Shown: in pieces, positions 40,064 through 48,979 of the stretch
How the letters are laid out: the number at the start of each line of letters is the position of its first letter
How positions within the stretch are numbered: position 1 is the first letter of the stretch
Sequence record: PZ445428.1
Reading direction: 5' to 3' (one strand)
DNA: 64,000 nucleotides
Origin: a phage
Notes under the pieces: generated by a model
What the model was told of the DNA's origin: nothing
Databases searched by the model: none
Seen by the model: only the letters and a program-made list of their open reading frames with translations
Position numbers and translations under genes: made by a program

Positions 40064-40834
40064 TTATTTTTTCTCCAATAGTTCTTTAATCGACAGGATT
40101 TCTATCCCATTCGTTTCGGCTTTCTTATAAGATGAGGAAGAACGCTTTGATTCATCCTCACAGATGAGGTAGTTTACGTCTTTGGTAACGGACTTCTTAA
40201 CCGTATATCCTAGACTTTCTAAGTAGTTTGTTGCATCCGTTCTATTTGCAAAATCTTGCAAAGAACCGGTAATACATACCACGATTCCGTTCGGTTGAGC
40301 AACTAAATCATCGATAAAGATGATATCAGCTTTTGTGCCCCGAATACCAGAACTAAATTTCCATGGTAGTTCGATAACATCCTTGCCTTGTGGGGAATTT
40401 AGCCAGGCTTTATAATTTTCTCCAGCTTTGCCGTCAGCCTTAACATCATTAAAACTAATGCAACCCTGGGATAGCTTTTTAGCAGCAACCTCTCCAATCA
40501 GAGGGATTCCTAAAGAACCGAGAACTGAACCAAAGTCAATGTCTCCGCGAACCTTAGTATTTAACTCGCTAATTAACTTAGCGGCAACCTTACTTCCCAC
40601 AGCTCCGACCAAATCTTCTTCGGTCAGGTAAAACAGTTCTGAGATCTTAGTCAGTTCCAGCTTTTCAATTGTTTTCGGGCCAAAGCCCTTTAACTTCATC
40701 TTTGTGCAGAAGTTCTCAATTAACTTACTTGACTGAGCTGGACAGTTGGACTTATTCCGACAGAATAATTGTCCGTTGACAAGATCTAGCTTAGAACCAC
40801 AAGAGGGACATTGTGTTGGAATTTCGATTTTCAT
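40064..40834 (-). CDS. ligB: NAD-dependent DNA ligase, C-terminal part (zinc finger/HhH/BRCT-like)
   Basis: Begins CPSCGSKLDLVNGQLFCRNKSNCPAQ (LigA-type Cys4 zinc finger) then HhH-like GFGPKTIEKL. ATG at 40834 after AAGGAAG. Confidence 0.7.
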   Translation of the reverse strand: MKIEIPTQCPSCGSKLDLVNGQLFCRNKSNCPAQSSKLIENFCTKMKLKGFGPKTIEKLELTKISELFYLTEEDLVGAVGSKVAAKLISELNTKVRGDIDFGSVLGSLGIPLIGEVAAKKLSQGCISFNDVKADGKAGENYKAWLNSPQGKDVIELPWKFSSGIRGTKADIIFIDDLVAQPNGIVVCITGSLQDFANRTDATNYLESLGYTVKKSVTKDVNYLICEDESKRSSSSYKKAETNGIEILSIKELLEKK

Positions 40835-40866
40835 CAAATTTCTTCCTTATCAATTTATATAACTAT

Positions 40867-40895
40867 TATAGCAAGTATTTAAGCATTTAGCAACT
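40867..40895 (-). promoter_or_regulatory. Early promoter cassette inside the ligA-ligB spacer
   Basis: Minus strand TTGCTA-17 nt-TATAAT then AGTTATATAAATTGATAAGGAAG and ATG 40834. Confidence 0.5.
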
Positions 40896-41040
40896 ACAAT
40901 TTTAACTAACTTTGCTTACCCTCGCCATAACTTTCTATCCCTCAACTGAATGATAATAGTATATACCTAAGCGGCGAAAATGTCAATAACCACTTTATAA
41001 TTCCGACATGGGAAACGGGTAGCAAAGGGTTATGAATTAC

Positions 41041-42012
41041 TTAATCTACTCGCTCTACAATACATGGGATTACACCACCAGCACGAATCACTCGAATCTG
41101 GCAACCGATCTCTAAATCGAGAGCGTTAATGTAATCAACGTTATTGAGAGTTGCTTTAATAATCTTGGCATCGTCAATAATTACCGGTTCGAAATATCCA
41201 ACAGGAGTTACTTTACCAGAAGCCCCTACCTGCCACTCAACTTTGAGAAGAGTTGTAATTTCGCCTTCTTCATCTTGTTTAATTGCATAAGCACCACGAG
41301 GATGTTTATTTGTCCAACCTTCACGGAAGAATTTGTTGTTGTCATTAATACGAACAACTTTACCATCCATTGGATACCAGTTGAAGTAGTTTTTAATATT
41401 CAGTACAGTGATGAAATCTTCGTTAGCTAACCAAGACATATCATCTAAGTAAGAGCCTGTAATACCTACAGAATCTTCGGAACACTGAATACCATAAGCT
41501 ACAAAGATCAATCCACCTTCCGCAATACGTTCGATGAAGTCATCTTCTTCTTTTAAGTTAATAGCACCAGAAGCGTAGTTACGTTTGTTTTCTACTTCTT
41601 TAGTGATAAGAACTTCACCAGTGATTTGAGTTGGTACTTTCTGAGAAATCTTTTTCGGAATGTTCAGCAATCTAACGTTGCTTGTGACATCATTTCCTAG
41701 AATACCATTACCACGAGTTAACGCTTGAACAAACGTTCCGTCGATATACAACAGAGAAATTGCGCAACCGTCTAGCTTATCAGTTTCTACATCATCAAGA
41801 GTAGTGAATGGAGCTTTATCACCCCGATCGAAGTAAACTTTCTGCAAAGAATACATACGATACAGATGTGGGATATCACCTTTCGGACCGATGGCATCTT
41901 CCGCTGTTGGGAAACGTTTAAGCAGACGATCATACTCAGCATCAGAGATAATACTATAACCCTGATAATACGCTTCTTGACAACGTTGGATAAACTCTTT
42001 TACATTATTCAT
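41041..42012 (-). CDS. ligA: NAD-dependent DNA ligase, N-terminal adenylation/OB part
   Basis: KLDGCAIS (KxDG adenylation motif), N-terminal AYYQGYSIISDAEYDRL NAD-binding-like segment. Start set to ATG 42012 (MNNVKEF); track begins at TTG 42054. Confidence 0.75.
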   Translation of the reverse strand: MNNVKEFIQRCQEAYYQGYSIISDAEYDRLLKRFPTAEDAIGPKGDIPHLYRMYSLQKVYFDRGDKAPFTTLDDVETDKLDGCAISLLYIDGTFVQALTRGNGILGNDVTSNVRLLNIPKKISQKVPTQITGEVLITKEVENKRNYASGAINLKEEDDFIERIAEGGLIFVAYGIQCSEDSVGITGSYLDDMSWLANEDFITVLNIKNYFNWYPMDGKVVRINDNNKFFREGWTNKHPRGAYAIKQDEEGEITTLLKVEWQVGASGKVTPVGYFEPVIIDDAKIIKATLNNVDYINALDLEIGCQIRVIRAGGVIPCIVERVD

Positions 42013-42205
42013 CGTCGGCGATTTCCATCTTGAGTTCTTTATTATACTGCGCAACCATACCAGCTAAATCAGCAGATTCTTTCAGAAACGCATCTCTGTA
42101 CGCTTTTTGATTTACTGTGCCGATACTATCTTGATATTTAATGCGAGCCATTGAAAGCAAATTAAGTTTTGCTTGAATTTTGGGAAGTGTTACTGTCATT
42201 GCCAT
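42005..42205 (-). CDS. Hypothetical small protein
   Basis: 66 aa from ATG 42205, which follows the conserved GAGAGGA cassette RBS; stop overlaps ligA start. Confidence 0.35.
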   Translation of the reverse strand: MAMTVTLPKIQAKLNLLSMARIKYQDSIGTVNQKAYRDAFLKESADLAGMVAQYNKELKMEIADDE

Positions 42206-42234
42206 AATTGATCCTCTCATCAATTTATATAAAT

Positions 42235-42263
42235 ATTATATATTAAAATTGAGCTGAAAGCAA
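42235..42263 (-). promoter_or_regulatory. Early promoter cassette
   Basis: Minus strand TTGCTT-17 nt-TATAAT then ATTTATATAAATTGATGAGAGGA and ATG 42205. Confidence 0.5.
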
Positions 42264-42269
42264 GTACAT

Positions 42270-42308
42270 TTATAAAGAAAAAGCCAAGAACTATTCAGTC
42301 TTGGCTTT
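42270..42308 (-). terminator. Rho-independent terminator
   Basis: Minus strand AAAGCCAAGA...TCTTGGCTTT hairpin then TTTTTCTTT; overlaps stop codon of the 42291 gene. Confidence 0.55.
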
Positions 42309-42599
42309 GAGTTCCTCAGCTCTTTTCTGAACTTCGGCAAGAACCTCAGATTCACTAAGGATTTGCGTAAAAGCATAGAATAGCTGTGAAGTAGTTTCTA
42401 GAGTGTACGGAAAAGAGAAGCCGGATTTCGTTGGAAACCATTCTCCAGTAATATCCTGGAGCCAATATCTAATTCCCATGTATAGATTCCCACGAAATTC
42501 AGATACTGTCAATCTTACTTGTTCACCTTCCTTTTCCCATAGAAGGATTGACTGATCATCAATGTGTCCTTCATAGTTTTGGTTTACCTGATCGCTCAT
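42291..42599 (-). CDS. Hypothetical protein
   Basis: 102-aa ORF bounded by hairpin terminators. Confidence 0.35.
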   Translation of the reverse strand: MSDQVNQNYEGHIDDQSILLWEKEGEQVRLTVSEFRGNLYMGIRYWLQDITGEWFPTKSGFSFPYTLETTSQLFYAFTQILSESEVLAEVQKRAEELKAKTE

Positions 42600-42610
42600 T
42601 TACGTTTCTC

Positions 42611-42640
42611 AAATAGACAAAAAGCCCCATATAGGGGCTA
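42611..42640 (-). terminator. Rho-independent terminator
   Basis: Minus strand AGCCCC-TATAT-GGGGCT hairpin followed by TTTTTGTCTATTT. Confidence 0.6.
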
Positions 42641-42649
42641 ATTGCTTTC

Positions 42650-42946
42650 TTATCGGCCTACTGGAGAAGCACGATCTAACTCTGACTGAAGGCTCGTAAT
42701 GCGACGAACTTTCGCAACAGGAATGAAACGGAAGCTATCGTTAGTACGGGAGAAAACGAGGATCTCGTCGTCTTTATCCTTACGAATACGTTCACGTTTA
42801 ATGCGCTCTGCTAGGTATTTATCCTGAGCAGGATCAAACTCCATCGTACCCTGAAGATACGTGGTTCCTTTCTGACGCAGTTTCTCATAATGGAGATAAA
42901 ACTCACCAAATTTGTTGCATTGTGCAATGATTTCAGCTTTATTCAT
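42650..42946 (-). CDS. Hypothetical protein
   Basis: 98-aa ORF with AAGGAAA RBS. Confidence 0.35.
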   Translation of the reverse strand: MNKAEIIAQCNKFGEFYLHYEKLRQKGTTYLQGTMEFDPAQDKYLAERIKRERIRKDKDDEILVFSRTNDSFRFIPVAKVRRITSLQSELDRASPVGR

Positions 42947-42983
42947 AACTGTATTTCCTTGTGTGGTGGATTTATCTTGAGAA

Positions 42984-43394
42984 TTATTTAGTGATAGCTC
43001 GGACAGCTTCTGCCAGATGAGCAGCTGCTTTACCAGTCAGCTTGTCGATAATCGCTGAATCCAGGAAGTCTGGAGCCAGACCTGCATCAGAGAATGCAGA
43101 CAGAAGATCGGCATGAGCCTGAGCTTTAGAAGTACGAGAACCGCCAGAAGCTTTTTCTCCAGTAGATGCAGTTGATTTGGAAGCAGAGCCAGCAGCTTTC
43201 TTGATATACAGACCCGCTTTAGTCAACTTCATACGGAAGCCGTTCGGAGTTACACCGTTTTCCTGAGCGATTTCGCTAACAATTTCCATGCTAACGCCCG
43301 GACGCTCATCTTCTGGGAATTGCTCCATACGAGCAACGTAATCGGAAGACATTTTTTCGAACAGTTCATCAGTCCACTGAGTTGGAGTAGTCAT
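42984..43394 (-). CDS. Hypothetical protein
   Basis: 136-aa ORF with biased codon usage, own promoter. Confidence 0.4.
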   Translation of the reverse strand: MTTPTQWTDELFEKMSSDYVARMEQFPEDERPGVSMEIVSEIAQENGVTPNGFRMKLTKAGLYIKKAAGSASKSTASTGEKASGGSRTSKAQAHADLLSAFSDAGLAPDFLDSAIIDKLTGKAAAHLAEAVRAITK

Positions 43395-43452
43395 ATTTTT
43401 GAATTTCCTTAATTAAGAATTAAACAGAATAGTTCTTTCAAACTATGAGAAT

Positions 43453-43481
43453 ATTATATCAAGAATTACAGGATTAAGCAA
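43453..43481 (-). promoter_or_regulatory. Early promoter
   Basis: Minus strand TTGCTT-17 nt-TATAAT; -35 overlaps a short palindrome ACTGAAA..TTTCAGT. Confidence 0.5.
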
Positions 43482-43731
43482 CTGAAATTTTTCAGTAACT
43501 GCTACACATCAAGCTCAACGATCTCCCAATCATCGGCCAGTGCTTCTTCTAGGGTCAGCTCACACACTTCGTCACTAGGCATTAGTGACGTATCGGAGGG
43601 CATCCACACGTACTGGCGTACGGTGTTGCTATCTACGAAGAATTTCAGGATTACTGTGTAATCCTTGTTGTTTTCCCAACTAGTCCGCTGGAGATATTTT
43701 TACGTCTCTAGCTTTTAACAGATCAGTTAAT

Positions 43732-44436
43732 TTACTCGCTGCGTCTTCCTTTTTCTTTATCAAGTTTCAGGGCAGCCTTAACAGCTTCATTAACTAACGT
43801 GATTACTTCTTCACGAGTATATTTGAAACCTAAAGCCTTAACATCGACTCCCAGCTCTTGCAGATGTTTTACAGAAGCTAATTCGTAGTTCATATAATGA
43901 ACGTTCTGTTGTTTACCCTCGCTTAACAACCAAACACGATAAGCTCCTACCGGATTAGTCAATGCTTTCTTAACTTCACCGATACACTGATAGCCAGGAA
44001 CCCAAACAAGCTCACCAACTTCAAATTCTTCTGCCATTGCATCATCTGGAACCAGCGGTGGATTCAACGGATCAACGATATCATTGATACGAAGCAGAGC
44101 ACCATAACGTTCAAGGACAGATTTAACCATAGCTACAGAACGATAGTTACGATCGGCAATTTCTTCGAAAGAATCACCAGATAAATACTGTTCAATTACG
44201 TTTGCGAGCTCAACACCTTGAATTAGTGTGCCACGCTTCTTTTTCTTCATTTCCGCGACTTGAACTTGGCGATCCTGCCATTCTTCAATCATTCGTTCCA
44301 TCGTCGGGTTAGAAGAAACTCCCAGCATTTCACAAGCAGCTTTCTTCGTTCCACCGTTCTCTAGATGTTCAATAACCTTCTTGAATACATCATCGGAGAT
44401 TTCGTGGATTTGCTTTTTTCTACGAGAACCAGCCAT
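43732..44436 (-). CDS. Putative transcription regulator (HTH; sigma-70 region-4-like segment)
   Basis: 234 aa; N-terminal KKAACEMLGVSSNPTMERMIEEW HTH-like; SFEEIADRNYRSVAMVKSVLERYGAL resembles sigma region 4.2. Confidence 0.4.
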   Translation of the reverse strand: MAGSRRKKQIHEISDDVFKKVIEHLENGGTKKAACEMLGVSSNPTMERMIEEWQDRQVQVAEMKKKKRGTLIQGVELANVIEQYLSGDSFEEIADRNYRSVAMVKSVLERYGALLRINDIVDPLNPPLVPDDAMAEEFEVGELVWVPGYQCIGEVKKALTNPVGAYRVWLLSEGKQQNVHYMNYELASVKHLQELGVDVKALGFKYTREEVITLVNEAVKAALKLDKEKGRRSE

Positions 44437-44467
44437 TTAAATACTCCTCTCTCAAATTTATGAATCT

Positions 44468-44496
44468 ATTATACAGAAAATTTTTGCAAGATGCAA
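44468..44496 (-). promoter_or_regulatory. Early promoter cassette
   Basis: Minus strand TTGCAT-17 nt-TATAAT then AGATTCATAAATTTGAGAGAGGAG and ATG 44436. Confidence 0.5.
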
Positions 44497-44504
44497 ATAA
44501 ATTT

Positions 44505-44738
44505 TTACGATTCCTTGAGCAAAGAAGCCAGCTCAGCATAAACTTTATCTAACTCAAATCCAACGCGAAGGGACACACGAGTCTTCCGTTGTTTCAGAAG
44601 CCATATAGATACGTTAGGGATACCAGCGAGACGAGGTGGTACAACCCTACATAACTTTTCCGCAGTGTCATATCCGGAACGTTTACTCTCTTTTACGGGG
44701 AACTTCCTTGTTTCCCATTTTTTATTCTTCGCTGTCAT
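44505..44738 (-). CDS. Hypothetical small protein
   Basis: Start moved to internal ATG 44738 (MTAKNKK) after GGGAG; track ORF begins at 44789. Confidence 0.25.
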   Translation of the reverse strand: MTAKNKKWETRKFPVKESKRSGYDTAEKLCRVVPPRLAGIPNVSIWLLKQRKTRVSLRVGFELDKVYAELASLLKES

Positions 44739-47577
44739 TTCTAGCTCCCAGTTCTGCCAAAGCCTCTTCATGCATCTGACGTTCTTCATCAGTCATGAAC
44801 TTAACTGGAATCGGCATACACTCGATCTTACAGTAAGTTCTGTACCAGTCCACAATCTTTTCTGTATCCAAATCCTTTCCGATACCCATCATTCCCAAGT
44901 ACATACGAGCATACTTTGGGTTTGCACTCTGACCTGTTTTAAGGAAGAAATCTTTCTTCTTACCTTTCAGAGCTTCGATAAATGGTTTGATTGTGACATT
45001 TGAACACTTCTTAATATCTTCCCAGAACATCTCGTGCATCTTATGGAAGAATGCAGCCCGATCGTTTGGTTTATCCTTGATATACTGTTCAACATGTTCA
45101 ACTGTTACATCTTTAATAGAATCAAGATGATAGTAACGAACTAGCAGAAGTTTTGCTTCATAAGCATCAGCATGACGTGGTGCACAATAATCAGGAGTTG
45201 AGTGCAGGATAGCTTTAATTCGCTCTTCTGTGTACTCTTTGTTTGCACCTTCGATAGTCCCCCAGCTTTCACTGAAGATATCAATAGTCGCACCCTGATC
45301 AAGCAGATAATAGCGTAGAGTACTAGTATAATTCCTAGACTCCAGCTCACGACGACGTGCATAAAGTTGCTGTGCTAACTCAATCCAACCTTCGTCAATA
45401 TTATACTGCTCGGAACCCGCAGAAAATCCACTTGTAGACTTATCAATAAAGTAATAGATATTCTGAGCACCACGGTCGCGCCTGATTGCTTGAAAACGCA
45501 TGTTTGGCGCTTGGTTACTGGTTCGAGTAATAACGAATACGTTATCGAAATAGTTAAAGTCAACCCCACTCGTTACAGAGGGACTACATAATAAACAATC
45601 AATCTGCTGATCAATTAGCTCATTAGTTGTGTAATCCAGAATACGACGAATATCCACATCTGATGTGGAATTTGAGTGAATTTCTTTAACTAACGCACCA
45701 GTATTACGACGTAACGCCATACCTTTTTCGTTCAGTTCATCCGGACCACAGTCAGATACTAGGATAGATTTCTCACCCATCTCTAGAGATGTTTGTAAGG
45801 CAACCCAAATGCTGGATTCATCAGGGAACTCATAAGCATGAGCTTTTGCCAGCATTTTACGGTGATGATTATAGAACGCTACCGGTTTATCAAAGTCGAT
45901 CAGAGAGCCATAGGCTTCAATCGTTTCAGCACTAATATCACCATCAGACAGAATAACTGTTTTAGCTGTCATGAGAATATCACGAAGAACCTGAATACAT
46001 TCACGACGGTTCTTAACAACTGGAGCAAACAACAGGTCATTCATTACCGCGTCACATTCATCGATAAAGATTGTATCAATCTGACCAACAAAACTCTTGA
46101 ATTTATGGATTGAGTGAATCGTAGTTGACATACGATCAATCGCACCACGCTTGAAGTTCAGCATATCTACAGACTTATCATACTGACCAGCACTAAATTT
46201 CTTTGCGTTTGAAGATACCAGAGCACGAGTGTTTGTTACCGCGATGAAATTCCCAGGAAGAACGCCAGCATCCAGCCACTTCGTTACCGCCGTAGTTTTA
46301 CCTGTACCAAGACTTGCCTTAACAAATGTTAGGTGATCTTTTGGAGGTACAATGTTAATCTTCAGATATGGGACTTCCGCTGGAGAATCCGTATTTAACT
46401 GTTTTAGAGGAACACCTTTCAAGTTTTGTGGAATATCTCTACGACTATTGTTAACAAACGCTTTTAACGCCTGTTTACGACCGTTATTGAAGTAATCCTG
46501 AATATTACGACTATTATCTTTAGTTGCAATGTATTCAGACAAGGCAGGTTTAATCTCACGTTCTAACCACGCAAAATCAACACCATCCTCTAACGCTCGG
46601 TGATATAGTTTTGGAATAATACGCAGGTACACTCCATCCTCAGCTTCTTCTAATTCGCTGATGGTTTCCTCTACTTTTTCAGAAGCAGCCTTCTTACCTT
46701 TGATTTGATCGAGTAAAGAGTAGAACTCTTCTTTGAACTCACCCCTAGTTGTTTCATAGTCAACTAGGTTGTTTGGCAGATTTACTTTCGAACCCTTAAC
46801 ATACACAAGGCGTGGCTTATTCTCCGCTTTAAACGGATCAACTATACCATCGCTAAATAAAGGGTCGGCAAAATAGTGAAGCTGTACAGAAGAATAATAA
46901 GCTAAGTCAGCAATATCAAAACCATACTTTTGCTTACTACTATCGTTGATAGACGTAAATAAGAACTTTAACTGTCCCTGCGTCACCTTAACATTAGATT
47001 CCAGCATTAAGTGCATTCGGATACCTGATTTTAATCCAGCCGAAGACGATGCATGAGCAATAAACCCTGCATCAAGAGGAAACATATCCTCACTAATACT
47101 ATGTAACATCTTAATGATATGACGTGCCATGCCAACAAGATTAAACTTGTCGTAACCACCAGTATCCTGAATACCATCCACGTCCATTGCAATAATGTGA
47201 CTAGGATTAGAAACGTTAAAGTTTCCACGAGTACGACGGACATTATCCTTTGGAGCCAAACATTTACCACGAATAGCCACAATATGAGGATCTTGGGTTA
47301 GCCTACGCATAATAGGCAGCATTTCAGCAAGGCTTTGCGGGTCAAGCTCTTCAAGTACATCAAATTTGAAGGGCATGGAAGCTGGTTTACCTTCCGGATG
47401 CTCTTTCGAGAATCGCTTAGCAAAGGTGTAATCTTCCACTTTAATTTCTTTCCAGATGCCTGTTGCTTTATCTCTGGAAAATCCTGCATGACCTTGTAGG
47501 ATTGAGAACACAACAATACTCCTATGCTGGTTATTCGAATACTTTTCTTTAGGACTATTCAAAAAAGAATAGAACAA
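44722..47577 (-). CDS. Replication initiator-like protein (N-terminal primase-polymerase-like region plus P-loop NTPase/helicase)
   Basis: 951 aa; Walker A LGTGKTTAV and Walker B IFIDECDAV in C-terminal half; N-terminal IAMDVDGI acidic motif; start codon uncertain (TTG, no clear SD). Confidence 0.55.
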   Translation of the reverse strand: MFYSFLNSPKEKYSNNQHRSIVVFSILQGHAGFSRDKATGIWKEIKVEDYTFAKRFSKEHPEGKPASMPFKFDVLEELDPQSLAEMLPIMRRLTQDPHIVAIRGKCLAPKDNVRRTRGNFNVSNPSHIIAMDVDGIQDTGGYDKFNLVGMARHIIKMLHSISEDMFPLDAGFIAHASSSAGLKSGIRMHLMLESNVKVTQGQLKFLFTSINDSSKQKYGFDIADLAYYSSVQLHYFADPLFSDGIVDPFKAENKPRLVYVKGSKVNLPNNLVDYETTRGEFKEEFYSLLDQIKGKKAASEKVEETISELEEAEDGVYLRIIPKLYHRALEDGVDFAWLEREIKPALSEYIATKDNSRNIQDYFNNGRKQALKAFVNNSRRDIPQNLKGVPLKQLNTDSPAEVPYLKINIVPPKDHLTFVKASLGTGKTTAVTKWLDAGVLPGNFIAVTNTRALVSSNAKKFSAGQYDKSVDMLNFKRGAIDRMSTTIHSIHKFKSFVGQIDTIFIDECDAVMNDLLFAPVVKNRRECIQVLRDILMTAKTVILSDGDISAETIEAYGSLIDFDKPVAFYNHHRKMLAKAHAYEFPDESSIWVALQTSLEMGEKSILVSDCGPDELNEKGMALRRNTGALVKEIHSNSTSDVDIRRILDYTTNELIDQQIDCLLCSPSVTSGVDFNYFDNVFVITRTSNQAPNMRFQAIRRDRGAQNIYYFIDKSTSGFSAGSEQYNIDEGWIELAQQLYARRRELESRNYTSTLRYYLLDQGATIDIFSESWGTIEGANKEYTEERIKAILHSTPDYCAPRHADAYEAKLLLVRYYHLDSIKDVTVEHVEQYIKDKPNDRAAFFHKMHEMFWEDIKKCSNVTIKPFIEALKGKKKDFFLKTGQSANPKYARMYLGMMGIGKDLDTEKIVDWYRTYCKIECMPIPVKFMTDEERQMHEEALAELGARNDSEE

Positions 47578-48010
47578 CTATTACTAACGTCAACACAAAT
47601 ATTAATCATCATCAAGCAGTATGGATAAGTTACCATACCTCAGTGCTGTGCTCTCTATACTCATATCCAGAATAGAAATTAGGTCTATCGGCCGCTAAGC
47701 CATTTCTATTTGTCCTCACTATCCTATTGGTAGGTGACTACTGGACGTGTTACCATTCGCAGCTCTTTTCGTTCGCACCCCCATAAAAGCCTCTCCCTAT
47801 CTAACGAAGCTAATATGCACGGTTTGGATTTACCTTTCCGAATTCAGGGTACACAGATCACTTAATTGACAACCAACTAATATCGTATAAACATTAGTAA
47901 TAGTTAAAACAACCTTTAATGGGGCAGCCGAACTGTTCCGTATTGCGGATTGTAAACAAGAAAAATTAGTAAAATCAATTTTTACTAATGTCTCTCAATT
48001 CAATATAAAT

Positions 48011-48039
48011 ATTATATCAACTTTTGGAGCATCCTGCAA
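48011..48039 (-). promoter_or_regulatory. Early promoter cassette at the distal end of the 550-bp ORF-free region
   Basis: Minus strand TTGCAG-17 nt-TATAAT then ATTTATATTGAATTGAGAGA. Confidence 0.45.
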
Positions 48040-48130
48040 GTAAAATTTTCCCGACGGTGCTATCAGTGGCCTTGAGTACGGAGAAAACCGAGCCAAAGTG
48101 ACTCGGTAATCAGGATTGTGCTAAGGAAAA

Positions 48131-48538
48131 TCAATCATCATTTAGACCTGGAACATAGATTCCAATACGGTTTAATTGATGTTTGGCTTCTTCGAGAATA
48201 TCTGGAGTGTACTCCCAAATATCATCTTCCACAAATAACAAATAAGGGGACTCACCTGTTTCGGGGTCACGTGTAATGGCGTAACCGCGTGGGTGGAACA
48301 GGGAGAAGTTTAGGGCAACAATAAGACCCATACGAGATAGCTCATTCCAGTGCATCTCAAAATCTACAGGAACATCATTTTGATCTCTACTGGTAACAAA
48401 GATTCCTAGACAAGGATCTGTCGGGTCAGTAAAGGGGAAAGTTACACTAACCTTTTCAACCCCCAACCAACGTGCAAGGAGCCCTTCAGCCCGCTCCACT
48501 AAACTAGGATCAATAAGACGCCAAGATACTTGTTCCAT
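48131..48538 (-). CDS. Hypothetical protein (paralogue of 48549-48977)
   Basis: 135 aa, strong AAAGGAGG RBS; shares C-terminal motifs with neighbour. Confidence 0.4.
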   Translation of the reverse strand: MEQVSWRLIDPSLVERAEGLLARWLGVEKVSVTFPFTDPTDPCLGIFVTSRDQNDVPVDFEMHWNELSRMGLIVALNFSLFHPRGYAITRDPETGESPYLLFVEDDIWEYTPDILEEAKHQLNRIGIYVPGLNDD

Positions 48539-48548
48539 TCTGCCTCCT

Positions 48549-48977
48549 TTAAGCAGTTAAACCAGGGATCTGATAGCCGAAATGACGCAGCTTCTGGATA
48601 CCCTCATTTATTTCTTCGGGCGAATAATGCCAGCCCTCACGTTCATTTACCTGGAAAGCCGGAGCCTCCCCATTACGATAGTTTACTATCAAACGATGTT
48701 TAATAGGCATGAACAGTTTGTAGTTCAATGCAAAAACCAATCCCATGTAGTCCAGTTCTTTCCAGTCTACAATCTCTTCTACCCCATCTTCCAACATTAC
48801 ACTGATACCAATGCAGCTAGCTTCATCAGAGTCTGAAGTAAACGCGAAAGCAATCTCATTATTCTCACACCAAATCTTGAGAGTATTAATGGCTTCCTCA
48901 AACAGATTATCCGGCAGAGAACGCCAGAAGTTGATAAGAAGTGGATTGATATTGGTTTCAAATAGGTTATTAAACAT
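48549..48977 (-). CDS. Hypothetical protein (paralogue of 48131-48538)
   Basis: 142 aa; shares MGLxxALNxxLFxP and VPGL/IPGL motifs with neighbour. Confidence 0.4.
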   Translation of the reverse strand: MFNNLFETNINPLLINFWRSLPDNLFEEAINTLKIWCENNEIAFAFTSDSDEASCIGISVMLEDGVEEIVDWKELDYMGLVFALNYKLFMPIKHRLIVNYRNGEAPAFQVNEREGWHYSPEEINEGIQKLRHFGYQIPGLTA

Positions 48978-48979
48978 AG

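Noticed and set aside
47578-48130. Possible tRNA gene(s) in the long ORF-free region
   Set aside because: No GTTCGAATC-type T-loop or cloverleaf arrangement seen by eye on either strand; kept only as a generic ncRNA/origin candidate
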